Below are positions 1 through 9,946 of a stretch of 64,000 bases of DNA, piece after piece. The DNA comes from Patescibacteria group bacterium (GTDB taxonomy: Bacteria; Patescibacteriota; Minisyncoccia; UBA6257; UBA9933): positions 60,966 to 124,965 of the forward strand of contig JBBTYQ010000001.1 of assembly GCA_038078555.1 (NCBI GenBank), read 5' to 3'. Numbering within the stretch: position 1 is the first letter of the stretch; the number at the start of each line of letters is the position of its first letter. The position numbers and the translations under genes were made by a program. Below the pieces are notes generated by a model. The model searched no databases. It saw only the letters and a program-made list of their open reading frames with translations, and had not been told where the DNA came from.

Positions 1-117
1 GGTAGTTGAATTAGAATTCGTGGAAGTTGCGGTTTGTCCGAAAACAACGCCTGACACGACAAACAAACCGATCATCAAAATAATTCCTGTTGTTAAAATT
101 AAATTTGTTTTTTTCAT
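1..117 (-). CDS. N-terminus of a secreted/exported protein (truncated by window edge)
   Basis: ATG at 117 reads MKKTNLILTTGIILMIGLFVVSGVVFGQTATSTNSNSTT: signal peptide then Ser/Thr-rich stretch. Confidence 0.75.
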   Translation of the reverse strand, partial: MKKTNLILTTGIILMIGLFVVSGVVFGQTATSTNSNSTT

Positions 118-294
118 ATTAAATTAAACTTAATAAATCTGGTTTTTCGACCTTTGCCTGCGCCTATGTAAAATCGCGAGAGCATTAGCTTCTCCTTGTA
201 AAAGACGAGGAGGAGACTTGCGTATTACACTCTCTACTAAAACACGGCTTAGTTTATTATATGCTAAAAATCATAAAAAGTCCTGCTAATAAAC

Positions 295-1461
295 TTAAAT
301 TTCCCCGTTTTTTATGTCTTTCCTGATTTTCTCCGCAAAACTGTTAAAAAAATGAAGGTTGTGAAAAGTAAGAAGGCTTAGAGCGGTAATTTCCTTGGCT
401 CTAAATAAATGCGCAATATAATCTCTCCGATAATTATTGCAAACAAAGCAATCGCAGTTTTTATCCAAGGGGTTTTCCCCATTTTTTTTATTGACTGGAA
501 GATTTAAAAATTTTGATTTCCCCAAATCCAGTCTGCCTAAACTCGTAAAAGCAATACCGCGGCGGGCGTAATGAGTCGGCGCTATGCAGTCAAAAGTATC
601 GATTCCTGATTTAATAATTATCGGCATGTCTTCCAAATGTCCGATACCCAATAAATGCCTTGGCTTGGTCTCGGGAAGCTCGTTGATAGTCCAGTTTATT
701 ATTTTTGCCATTTCCTTTTTATCGTCTCCGAATTCTCCGCCTATGCCGAATCCTCCAAAATCCAAAGAACTGATAAATTTTGCGCTCTCTATTCTTAAGT
801 CCTTAAATTTGCCTCCTTGAACAATGCCAAAAAGAGCTTGTTTTTTTCTTTGACTAGCGGATTTTACTTCCAAACATTTTTTTGCCCAAGCATGCGTTTT
901 TATAAGAGAATTTTTTGTATATTTATAATCAGCCAGCGGCGGAGTGCACTCATCAAAAGCAAAAATAATATCCGCTCCCAGGCTTTCCTGAATTTTAATT
1001 GATTCTTTGGGACCCAAAAAAAGTTCTCTTCCGTCTATAGGAGACCGAAAAATAACTCCTTGGTCGTTAATTTTTAAAAAAGAAGGCTGAGCTCCGATGC
1101 CGATTTTTATGTTTTGCTTTTCTTTTAAAATCTTGCCCACTCCGAAATCTCTGCCAAACCCAAGGCTAAAAACTTGAAATCCTCCGGAGTCAGTCATAAG
1201 CGGACGCGGCCAATTCATAAACTTATGAAGCCCTCCGATTTTTTTAATAATGTTTTCTCCGGGTTTTAAATGCAGGTGAAAAGTATTGCAAATGAGCATC
1301 TGGCACTTGGCTTTAATCGCTTCTTCGCTGGTTAAAGTTTTAACCGTTGCCTGCGTAGCCACCGGCACAAATGCCGGCGTTTCAATTTCTCCATGAGCGG
1401 TTTTTAAAATTCCCAAACGCGCTTTACTTTTCTTTGATTTTTTTAAAATTTTAAATTCCAT
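295..1461 (-). CDS. tgt: tRNA-guanine transglycosylase
   Basis: TPAFVPVAT, NTFHL, TDSGGFQVFSL, GIVQGG, DTFDC, CDCFVC zinc site, HNL motif. Confidence 0.96.
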   Translation of the reverse strand: MEFKILKKSKKSKARLGILKTAHGEIETPAFVPVATQATVKTLTSEEAIKAKCQMLICNTFHLHLKPGENIIKKIGGLHKFMNWPRPLMTDSGGFQVFSLGFGRDFGVGKILKEKQNIKIGIGAQPSFLKINDQGVIFRSPIDGRELFLGPKESIKIQESLGADIIFAFDECTPPLADYKYTKNSLIKTHAWAKKCLEVKSASQRKKQALFGIVQGGKFKDLRIESAKFISSLDFGGFGIGGEFGDDKKEMAKIINWTINELPETKPRHLLGIGHLEDMPIIIKSGIDTFDCIAPTHYARRGIAFTSLGRLDLGKSKFLNLPVNKKNGENPLDKNCDCFVCNNYRRDYIAHLFRAKEITALSLLTFHNLHFFNSFAEKIRKDIKNGEI

Positions 1462-1500
1462 CGTTTTCCGTGATTTAGATAAATACTATCAAAACAAAAA

Positions 1501-1529
1501 CAGCCCCGCAATGCAGAGCTGTTTTTTTT
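1501..1529. terminator. intrinsic terminator-like hairpin downstream of the 1130-aa gene
   Basis: CAGCCCCGCAATGCAGAGCTG with A- and T-tracts on either side. Confidence 0.5.
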
Positions 1530-1540
1530 ATTGTTTATTT

Positions 1541-4500
1541 CTACTCCCCTATCTTCAACCAATTCCTATTCATAATGGAGAAGTCTATGGAATTAACTAT
1601 AGTGTCTTTGTTGATGTCAGAGATTGGGTCTGATAGAAACCATTTGGAAGATAACATGGAGTAATCAAGAGAATTGATGACATTGTCTTGATTTAAGTCT
1701 CCGGCTGGTAAGGTTGGAATAGTGATGGTTGAGTTATTGGTAAGACTGATATTAGTTTGTTTTTTGGATAAGTAATAAGGTGATGATACTTTAACGTCGT
1801 AAGTGCTTGGAGCAATGGTTATTGAAGATAAAGTTATTGAGTTAGCAGTCGGGTTTTGAGTTGCGGTGTAGATTGCGGTTGAAGAACCCGGATTGTAAAT
1901 AGAGATGGTAAAGCTGTTGGAATTAATAGTAGTGTTTCTTTCAAGAGATAGGTTGAAAGAAACATTGGAGGTAGTGGAGACTGGCGGAGCTTGAGTCGTG
2001 GCTGAGGCTGATACTGATTGAGCTGATACATTATTTGCGGCGTCATAAGCGGAAACCGTATAAGAGTATGAAGTGCTTGGAGATAAGCCGGTGTCTGAAT
2101 AACTGGTAGTATTGGAAGTTCCAATTTGCGTACCTCCCCGATATATTCTATAGCCTGTTACTCCGACGTTATCAGTCGAAGCAATCCAAGAGAGATTAAT
2201 TTGAGTTGAAGAGATTGCAGTGGCTGATAGGTTTGTGGGTACTGATGGAGCCGTGGTGTCAGAAGGCGGCGGAGGCGGGATGACTGAACCAGTATAATTA
2301 GAAACACTGGAAAGTTCTTGCAAGGAAAGAATTCTATTATAAATCATTACTTCGTCGATTTTTCCGTTAAATGCTTGAGAACCGCTTGTAAAGGCGCCGA
2401 TTATAAAATTACTGGCTGAATCGTCAGTGGGAGCGCCGCTGCCTATTGATCTTGAAGTATAAGCGGTCTCGCTTACGCTTCCACCTGAAGGCGCGGTATA
2501 AAATCTTATGCCGTCAGCGCTGGAAAATGTTATAGCCGCAAACTGCCAGGCGCCCAGCGTGATGGAATCACTGGCCGCCACGGTTGACGCAATTCCATTT
2601 GCTCTTGTAATAAACGAGGAGAAAGTATTTGGTGTTTGAAGTTTTGTTCTTTTGTATTCGGTTGTTAAAGTGGCCTTATTAAATAATCTTCCGGATGAAC
2701 TGCCTCCCAAAGTATTGGGTAAAATCCACATGGTAATGGTAAAAGGGTCTAAATTATCCATGATTGTCGGACTGCCCAAGTCAACCATGTCGTTTACTCC
2801 GTCAAAGTTTATGGCTCCATTTACTTTTCCGGTTGTCCAGGTCGGTCCATTGGTCAATGTTCCGCTGTTGTTACTTGAAGAATCATTGGCAATTAAGCCG
2901 CTTCCTTCGTCAAAATTCCAATAGCCTATTAAGTTAGAAGGTAGCTGACTTGAACCTCCTGCTAAAGCCACGGAAAAAGATATTAGATAATCATCAGGAT
3001 TAGAATTATTGGATTGGTCTTGGCATCTGATGTAATAGGAGTAAGCTGAACCGCTTGATAAACCTGTTATCAAGACTGAATGATTGGTTGAGTTGGTAGT
3101 GGAGAAAGTATTGGGTATTGAGGCGTATGAAGTATTTGCCGTAGTTGAATATTTGCAAGTGGCAGTTTCATTGGTTGATAAGGATAAGGTAGTTTGAGTG
3201 GTTGAAGAAGGCAGACTGCCTGATGGAGCTCCACTTGATCTTACAGGAGGAGTGATGTCAGCTGTCGGAGCTTGAGTTGTAGCTGAGGCTGAACTTGATT
3301 GAGCTGATACATTACCAGCCGCGTCATAAGCGGCAACTGTATAAGAGTAGGCTGTAGAAGCCGTAAGTCCGGTATTTGAATAAGTTGTATTGGCGGTGGT
3401 AGCAATTTGCGTACCTGCTCGATATATTCTATAGCCTGTTACTCCGACATTATCAGTAGAAGCAGTCCAAGAAAGATTAATTTGAGATTGGGAGATTGCA
3501 GTGGCGGATAAGCCAGTGGAAACTGAAGGAGCGGTAGTATCAGAAGGCGGTGGTGGTGGTGGCGGCAGAGTTCCCGAACAAGTTGATAAAAGACCGATAC
3601 ATTCAGTGCCTGTTTGATAAGCGCCCATTACTTGACTCGAGCGTCCATTGGCCGGATATGAAGTTCTTTTGAAATCAGCGGGTTGATTGAATGTTCCAGA
3701 AGAATTAAGAAAATTAGGATTTGTTGTTATAGAGTTTTCATCGCAATTTATTCCGGTCGTACAACCAGCCCCAGCCAAAAAAGATTTCCAAGCCGAAAGA
3801 GTGGTTCCTTTGGAAGAACCGTTTACCCACCAACTAGTATTGCCGGCTCCGCTGTAATAATCGTTGTAATCTATATAATCAAAATCAGAGATCGTCCAGT
3901 TGGAAGAATCAAAACCCAAAAAATTTCCGCCTGTAGCATGATAATGAATATTATTCCAAAAATGAGACGCCTGAGACGTGCTTTGCCAATAACCGATGTC
4001 TCTGATATTGTTGTAAAACGTATTATTCCTTACGTAAAAGTAATTAGGCGCCCCGTTAGCCACGGAAACAGCCGTGCCGTTGTTTATAAAAACATTCTGA
4101 TAAATATCCGACCAATCAATGCCTACTTGAGTGTCTCCTTCAATTCCTTGAGGCATATTATGAAAAAAATTATAGCGCGCAGTCATTTGATTACCGCGGT
4201 CTTTCCACTTTATGCCTGTATTAAGGCCATCATAGAATTCGTTATTCTCTAAAATCATGCCTTTTGTCCCGTATGTTAAAATAAGAACGTCATTTCCCGA
4301 CCCTTGGGCCATTGCAGGCAAATTGTCGTGAATTTTATTATTTCGAACAAGCAAGTTTTCCATCCAGTCTGTAGGCGTTGTATTGGGAGGATTGCCTGTG
4401 GTGCGGATAACTGCGGGAAATCCCTGATAATCGCCACCGCCAGATAAATCGTTATTCTGTATAATAGAATTATCTCCGCCAGCGCCGACGTGAATATTAC

Positions 4501-4933
4501 CCCAGACATAAAATCCATCAATCGTAACATTGGCCGCGCCGATGGAAATCGTTTTGCAAAATCCGCAAGTGTTATAAACATTGCTTGAATGATTATTTGT
4601 GCTGGAGATCCAGACTACTTCTCCTGGCGCGGCTTTCCAGGTTGTATTTGCCACCGTGGCCTGAATGGCAGCGGCTGTGGTTCCGCTGGTATAAACCGCT
4701 CCGCCGGCTCGGGCATGCACGATTACCGTATCGCCGGGAACAACTCGCGTTCCCGCGTACCAAGGAGTTTTCCAAGGAGTAGACGCTGAACCGTTGTTAG
4801 TATCGCTGCCATTGTCATAATCAACATGATAAGTGGCGGCTTGAACGCTTAAAGTACTAAATAAAATTCCGAAAAATAAAAGCAACGCGAAAAAACCGAA
4901 CCATTTTAATTTTGTTAAAATCATTGCAAGCAC
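1541..4933 (-). CDS. large secreted modular surface protein: right-handed beta-helix, FN3, Ig-like, LamG, FN3, dockerin-like C-terminus
   Basis: Signal peptide; YHVD..GSDTNNGS..PWKT start; Asn/Gly parallel beta-helix; two DTTAPSV..LSW.ASTDNVGVTGY FN3 units; GYWNFDEG..FNGKIDEVMIYNRIL LamG; GDLNQDNVINSLDY / DINKDTIVNSIDF dockerin pair. Start may be the ATG at 4924. Confidence 0.85.
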   Translation of the reverse strand: MLAMILTKLKWFGFFALLLFFGILFSTLSVQAATYHVDYDNGSDTNNGSASTPWKTPWYAGTRVVPGDTVIVHARAGGAVYTSGTTAAAIQATVANTTWKAAPGEVVWISSTNNHSSNVYNTCGFCKTISIGAANVTIDGFYVWGNIHVGAGGDNSIIQNNDLSGGGDYQGFPAVIRTTGNPPNTTPTDWMENLLVRNNKIHDNLPAMAQGSGNDVLILTYGTKGMILENNEFYDGLNTGIKWKDRGNQMTARYNFFHNMPQGIEGDTQVGIDWSDIYQNVFINNGTAVSVANGAPNYFYVRNNTFYNNIRDIGYWQSTSQASHFWNNIHYHATGGNFLGFDSSNWTISDFDYIDYNDYYSGAGNTSWWVNGSSKGTTLSAWKSFLAGAGCTTGINCDENSITTNPNFLNSSGTFNQPADFKRTSYPANGRSSQVMGAYQTGTECIGLLSTCSGTLPPPPPPPSDTTAPSVSTGLSATAISQSQINLSWTASTDNVGVTGYRIYRAGTQIATTANTTYSNTGLTASTAYSYTVAAYDAAGNVSAQSSSASATTQAPTADITPPVRSSGAPSGSLPSSTTQTTLSLSTNETATCKYSTTANTSYASIPNTFSTTNSTNHSVLITGLSSGSAYSYYIRCQDQSNNSNPDDYLISFSVALAGGSSQLPSNLIGYWNFDEGSGLIANDSSSNNSGTLTNGPTWTTGKVNGAINFDGVNDMVDLGSPTIMDNLDPFTITMWILPNTLGGSSSGRLFNKATLTTEYKRTKLQTPNTFSSFITRANGIASTVAASDSITLGAWQFAAITFSSADGIRFYTAPSGGSVSETAYTSRSIGSGAPTDDSASNFIIGAFTSGSQAFNGKIDEVMIYNRILSLQELSSVSNYTGSVIPPPPPSDTTAPSVPTNLSATAISSTQINLSWIASTDNVGVTGYRIYRGGTQIGTSNTTSYSDTGLSPSTSYSYTVSAYDAANNVSAQSVSASATTQAPPVSTTSNVSFNLSLERNTTINSNSFTISIYNPGSSTAIYTATQNPTANSITLSSITIAPSTYDVKVSSPYYLSKKQTNISLTNNSTITIPTLPAGDLNQDNVINSLDYSMLSSKWFLSDPISDINKDTIVNSIDFSIMNRNWLKIGE
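1986..2270 (-). repeat. intragenic FN3 duplication, copy 2 (copy 1 at ~3267-3551)
   Basis: Closely similar DNA, e.g. GATATATTCTATAGCCTGTTACTCCGAC in both copies, offset 1281 nt. Confidence 0.85.
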
Positions 4934-4947
4934 TTTATTTCCTTAAA

Positions 4948-6771
4948 TTACCAGATTATGCTTTTAAATGCTTTTATAAATATTGTAAGTATATTAGGCA
5001 TAATATCAGAAGGCGGCGGCGAAATAAATTTTTCTGAAGGAACCGGACTTAAAAACGGCTCTTTATAAAGTAAATTATCAACTGACTCCTGCGGTATCGG
5101 CATTAAAGGAGCAAATGGCGAAATTATCCTTTGGGGAGACATTATTTCCTGAGTTGGCATTTGTCCTTCCTCCATCATTTTCTTAATCATATCGGGGCTA
5201 GGAATTATATTCTGATAATTATTAGGCGCCTCTCCGTAAAATGGCATTTCTTTAGCCGGCATCATTTGACCTTCGAATCCTTCACGGAACATTTCGCTTG
5301 GAATTTCTCCTTGAGGCATTTCACGATAAGGTGCTTCTTTGAATCCTTCAGGAAGTCCTTTGGGCAAATTAGCTGGTTTAAATTTTTCGCATTCTTCTTT
5401 ATGTGTTTGGTCAGAACAATATCTCGTGCAATCTTCGAATCCCGAACAACCGCCCGGTCCTCTCATTCTTTCCGGACTGCCAATCATTGGCATGCCCTCT
5501 TGCAATCTTCCTTCTTGAAGTCTCGCTGATTCGCCTTGAATCATAGACTTAGGCCTAAACCCTTCAAAACATTTTCTCATAGAATCTCCTATTTGCGGTC
5601 CGGGCATCAAAACGCCGGCTTGAATTTTCTCCAAAATTTCCAGACCTAAGTTTGATTTTAAACATTCTTGAACCTCAGAAGGCGCTCCAGAAAAATCATT
5701 CTTCATATGTTCAATCCCTTCTCTCATGTTTTCAATATCTTTTTCCGGAATCAGTCCGTGCTCTTTAGCAAAACCAAAACAAACTTCTGCGTTATTTGAG
5801 TTATTACAATATGCTTCGCATTCTTCTTTGCCCCGGCAATCGCCCGGTCCTTTACCGCCGGTTTTTCTAAACATTTCAGCTTCTTCCGGTTTCATAAAAC
5901 CGGCTTTAATAGCAAAATTAGCGCATTCTTCCGAATGTGTTCCATCTTCGCAATATGCTTCGCATTCTTCTTTGCCCCGGCAATCGCCCGGCATCTCGCC
6001 CGCTATCATCAATGGCATAATTCTTCTGGCTTCTTCAACTTCTTTCTCCTCAATAAAACCGGCCGCCACGGCAAAATTAAAACATTCTTCCATGTGAATT
6101 GATTCGGAACAATACACATCGCATTCTTTTCTCCCTCGGCAGTTGCCCGGCGGATTAATACCGGACTTAATCGCTTTCATTGCTTTTTTTGCTTCTTTAA
6201 GTTCTTTCTCAGGCATAAAACCCGCTTGTTCGGCAAAAGCCAAACACTCTTCCATGTGCTCGGAGTTATCACAATATAATTCGCAGTCTTTTTTGTTTTT
6301 ACAGCCGCCAGGAAGAGTTGCTCCTTCTTTCACTGTCTTAGCAACTAGTCTAGCTTCCCTTAGCTCTTCTTCGGAAATCAAATCATTTTCCTCGGCAAAA
6401 TTCAAACAAACTTCCATATTATTGGGATTATCACAAAAAGTCTCGCATTCTTTTTTATTTTTGCAGCCAGCCGGACCTTCGCCTATTTTAATAAAAGCTT
6501 TTGCCTTTCTAGCTTCTTCCTTGGAAATTAAATTATTTTTTTCGGCAAAATTAACGCAAGCACCAATATTTTCCGGCTTATCACAATAAGTCCGGCATTG
6601 AGTTTCATTTTTACAATTGCCTAGTTCTTTTACTGGATAGCTGATATCTAATTGTTGTGTTCCGATTTCTGTTTCCTGCGCCTGAGCGATTATAAAATAG
6701 CTGGTAAAAAATCCAGTAGCAATGATAGCTGCGCCTAATATTAAATTTATATTTATTCGCATTATTTTCAT
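4948..6771 (-). CDS. secreted cysteine-rich repeat protein with Met/Pro/Glu-rich tail
   Basis: N-terminal signal/TM; about 7 repeats of (P)GxC-x4-C-x2-[YF]C-x8-C. Confidence 0.8.
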   Translation of the reverse strand: MKIMRININLILGAAIIATGFFTSYFIIAQAQETEIGTQQLDISYPVKELGNCKNETQCRTYCDKPENIGACVNFAEKNNLISKEEARKAKAFIKIGEGPAGCKNKKECETFCDNPNNMEVCLNFAEENDLISEEELREARLVAKTVKEGATLPGGCKNKKDCELYCDNSEHMEECLAFAEQAGFMPEKELKEAKKAMKAIKSGINPPGNCRGRKECDVYCSESIHMEECFNFAVAAGFIEEKEVEEARRIMPLMIAGEMPGDCRGKEECEAYCEDGTHSEECANFAIKAGFMKPEEAEMFRKTGGKGPGDCRGKEECEAYCNNSNNAEVCFGFAKEHGLIPEKDIENMREGIEHMKNDFSGAPSEVQECLKSNLGLEILEKIQAGVLMPGPQIGDSMRKCFEGFRPKSMIQGESARLQEGRLQEGMPMIGSPERMRGPGGCSGFEDCTRYCSDQTHKEECEKFKPANLPKGLPEGFKEAPYREMPQGEIPSEMFREGFEGQMMPAKEMPFYGEAPNNYQNIIPSPDMIKKMMEEGQMPTQEIMSPQRIISPFAPLMPIPQESVDNLLYKEPFLSPVPSEKFISPPPSDIMPNILTIFIKAFKSIIW

Positions 6772-6798
6772 TTATTAGTAGCTTATTATTATATTGTT

Positions 6799-7083
6799 CT
6801 ATTGAAAGGGGTTTTTATAAACCTCTTTAAACGGATTGATTTTGGCCTCAAAAGGGTTGGTTTTTGTCTCATACGGATTAGTTTGCGGAATTTCCGCGGC
6901 TGGATTTTTTATTTCTTCATAGATCTGGCCCCCTAAACTCTCCGTTGATTCTTTAACCGGAACAATTGGCACAATTGACTCGGTTATTTTTTGATAATAT
7001 TTTTTCCAGACATAAAATCCGGCGAAAATAGACAAGACCAAAATTATCCCTGAAATTATTAAAACAATTTTCTTCTTATTCAT
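6799..7083 (-). CDS. small membrane-anchored hypothetical protein with NP[FY] repeats
   Basis: N-terminal TM helix; C-terminal NPY/NPF/NPF/NPF. Confidence 0.75.
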   Translation of the reverse strand: MNKKKIVLIISGIILVLSIFAGFYVWKKYYQKITESIVPIVPVKESTESLGGQIYEEIKNPAAEIPQTNPYETKTNPFEAKINPFKEVYKNPFQ

Positions 7084-7135
7084 TTCCTTTTATTATATTA
7101 GATTGCGTAATAAAAAGCACTAATAATTAATGAAT

Positions 7136-7170
7136 TGTGGATAAGATAAGTTTAATAAAGATGCTATAAT
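7136..7170 (+). promoter_or_regulatory. perfect DnaA box plus extended -10 upstream of polA
   Basis: TGTGGATAA at 7136-7144; TGcTATAAT ending at 7170, 6 nt before the ATG. Confidence 0.6.
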
Positions 7171-7176
7171 TTCAAA

Positions 7177-9504
7177 ATGAAAATCCTGCTTATTATCGAC
7201 GCCAACGCCTTAATTCATCGCTGTTTTCACGCCTTGCCCGGCTTAACTACTAAAGATGGCCAGGCTTCCGGCGCCTTGTATGGCTTATCAAGTATTTTGA
7301 TAAAAATTTTTCGGGAAGAGCCGCCGGATTTTATAACGGCTTTTTTTGACCGGCCGGAACCGACTTTTAGAAAAGAAGCTTTTAAGGAATATAAAATTCA
7401 CCGGCCCAAAGCGCCGAACGAATTAATTTCTCAGATCATTGAAGCTCATGAACTGTTCAATCAGTTTGGCGTGAAAACCTTTGAAGCGCCAGGTTTTGAA
7501 GCGGACGACCTAATCGGCACAGCTGTGGAAAAATTCAAAGATACTGCGGATTTAAAAATAATCATTTTAACCGGCGATCTTGATACGCTACAATTAATTG
7601 AAAATGAAAAAGTTGTCGTTAAAACTTTAAAAAAAGGCATCACTGAAACCATAACTTATAATGAAGCGTCGGTTAAAGAGCGCTTTAGCATATCACCAGA
7701 CCAGCTGCCCGATTACAAAGGCCTGGTTGGCGATCAATCAGATAATATCTTGGGAGTCCCGGGAATTGGTCCCAAAACCGCCGGCTCGCTGATTCAAAAA
7801 CACCAAAATTTGGAAGCTATTATTGAATTCAGCAAAAAAAACAAAGAAGAAAAAGCTTATAAGAAAATTTTTGATTTCTGGGAACAAGCTTTGCTTTCTA
7901 AAAAACTGGCTGTCATTCGCCGCGATGCTCCTCTGCTGATAAAAAATATAGCCGAGTTAAAATACCACGGCTTAAATCTTAAAACCATTTCTGATTATTT
8001 TGAAAAACTTGGCTTTAAAAGCCTTGTATCCAGAATAAATAATTTTCACGAGCCTCAAAAAAACAAATCCCAAAAAGAAGAAAAAACAGCGGAATTGATT
8101 ATTGATAAAAATATAGCCAGCCAAGAAAAAAATTTTAACCTTCTAATCGCCTTACAATTAATTGATCCCGGCTTAAAAAAATTTTCCGTTTTTAGCCTGA
8201 CTAAAAAATTCTTAAAAAAAGATTTTGTTGATTCCAAAGAAGCGATTGAAACGCTTTTTGATTTTGCTAAAGCTAAAATCAAAGAATACGGCTTAGAAAA
8301 AGTTTTTTTTGAAATTGAACTGCCTTTAATTCCCATCTTAGAAGAAATGAATGATTGGGGCATCAAAATCGATCTCGAAAAACTCGAAGAAATCAAAGAG
8401 GAATACGCAGAAAAAATAACTGTGCTGACCGAAGAAATTCATCAAGCCAGCGGTCAGCCATTTAATATCAATTCTCCTAAGCAGATGCTTGATATTTTTA
8501 CTGAAAAATTTCAAACAAAGATTTCCTCTACCGGCGCGGATAAGCTTATTTTATTAAAAACATCCGCCTCAAAAAACAATCGAAAACTTGAAGAATTTAT
8601 AGATTTAATTTTAAAATATCGCGAAGTTTTTAAGCTTCAATCAACTTACATTGAACCTCTTTTAAGAAATTCAAGCGGCCGAGTGCATACAACTTTTCTC
8701 CAGCTCGGCGCCGCTACCGGCCGAATGTCTTCGGAAAATCCTAATCTTCAAACTATTCCCGACGAAATAAAGCACGTTTTTATCCCTTCTGAAGAATTTC
8801 GACTTGTTTCTTTTGATTATTCCCAGATTGAATTGAGAATAATGGCTCATTTAAGTGATGATCCAAAAATGAATCAGGCGTTTAATCAGGGAAAAGACAT
8901 TCACACTATTACCGCCAGCCAAGTTTTTCACGTTAGGCCGGAAAACGTCACTCCCCAAATGAGAAAAATAGCTAAAACATTGAATTTCGGCGTAATTTAC
9001 GGCATGGGCTCCCGAGCTTTTTCTCAAACCAGCGGCTTATCTAAAGCCGAATCGCAAAAATTCATCCGGGAATATTTTAATGACTTTCAAAATATAAAAA
9101 TTTGGCAGGAAGAAATTTTAAAACAGGCAAAATCTTTCGGCTATGTTAGAAATATAAATGGCCGAAGACGCTGGCTTTTTGATATTGTCTCGTTTAATCC
9201 CCGGCTTGCTTCAGAAGCCGAACGAGCGGCAATAAATATGCCAGTTCAAAGTTTGGCCGCTGATATTATTAAACTGGCAATGATTAAAACAAAAGATGAG
9301 CTTGAAAAAAAGAGCTGGTGGGGAACTTCCGTCCGTTTGCTTCTTTCTATTCATGACGAATTGCTTTTTGAAATAAAAAATGATCTCTTGAAAAACGATT
9401 TGGAAAGCGAAGTTGTCGCTTTGATAAAAAACTCGATGGAAAATATTTTTCCTTTATCAGTGCCGCTAAAAGTAGAAACAAAAATAGAAAAAAATTGGAG
9501 CTAA
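7177..9504 (+). CDS. polA: DNA polymerase I (5'-3' exonuclease + family A polymerase; proofreading domain reduced)
   Basis: LIIDANALIHR, FEADDLIG, GDQSDNILGVPGIGPKTA, TGRMSSENPNLQ, DYSQIELR, AKTLNFGVIYG, IHDEL. Confidence 0.96.
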   Translation: MKILLIIDANALIHRCFHALPGLTTKDGQASGALYGLSSILIKIFREEPPDFITAFFDRPEPTFRKEAFKEYKIHRPKAPNELISQIIEAHELFNQFGVKTFEAPGFEADDLIGTAVEKFKDTADLKIIILTGDLDTLQLIENEKVVVKTLKKGITETITYNEASVKERFSISPDQLPDYKGLVGDQSDNILGVPGIGPKTAGSLIQKHQNLEAIIEFSKKNKEEKAYKKIFDFWEQALLSKKLAVIRRDAPLLIKNIAELKYHGLNLKTISDYFEKLGFKSLVSRINNFHEPQKNKSQKEEKTAELIIDKNIASQEKNFNLLIALQLIDPGLKKFSVFSLTKKFLKKDFVDSKEAIETLFDFAKAKIKEYGLEKVFFEIELPLIPILEEMNDWGIKIDLEKLEEIKEEYAEKITVLTEEIHQASGQPFNINSPKQMLDIFTEKFQTKISSTGADKLILLKTSASKNNRKLEEFIDLILKYREVFKLQSTYIEPLLRNSSGRVHTTFLQLGAATGRMSSENPNLQTIPDEIKHVFIPSEEFRLVSFDYSQIELRIMAHLSDDPKMNQAFNQGKDIHTITASQVFHVRPENVTPQMRKIAKTLNFGVIYGMGSRAFSQTSGLSKAESQKFIREYFNDFQNIKIWQEEILKQAKSFGYVRNINGRRRWLFDIVSFNPRLASEAERAAINMPVQSLAADIIKLAMIKTKDELEKKSWWGTSVRLLLSIHDELLFEIKNDLLKNDLESEVVALIKNSMENIFPLSVPLKVETKIEKNWS

Positions 9505-9929
9505 TTTATCGGCCTTATTATAATGTGCCTTTCTTTCCCGTCGCCCATGCTTTCGGTCTTAATATCGGGATTTGGAGCCAGCTCTAAATGAACCAAGCGC
9601 CGCTCATAGGCATTCATAGCCGGCAAAGACACTTCTTTTTTTTCTGCCAATGATTTTCTTGCCGAAGCTTTAGCTAATTCCACAATAAGACCCTCTCTCT
9701 TGCGGCGATAGTTATTCACATCAACAAATATTGTGCTGATTTCTTCCTTTTTTATCATTAATTTCACAAGATGGTCGAAGTTTTCGACAAAACCCGGTAA
9801 AAATTTTTCCACCAATTCATCATTGATAAAAACAGAAATTTTGTTTTCACCGGCATCGCAATTTACTGAAAAATCGTCAAATCCCATCAGCCCAATCATT
9901 GTTTTTATTTTCTCTTGAAGTTTATCCAT
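9501..9929 (-). CDS. jag: R3H-domain RNA-binding protein (Jag/KhpB-like, no Jag_N domain)
   Basis: DVNNYR...LPAMNAYERRLVH..TESMGDGKERHIII; lies downstream of yidC. Confidence 0.85.
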   Translation of the reverse strand: MDKLQEKIKTMIGLMGFDDFSVNCDAGENKISVFINDELVEKFLPGFVENFDHLVKLMIKKEEISTIFVDVNNYRRKREGLIVELAKASARKSLAEKKEVSLPAMNAYERRLVHLELAPNPDIKTESMGDGKERHIIIRPIN

Positions 9930-9946
9930 GGTCTTAATTATGCTTA

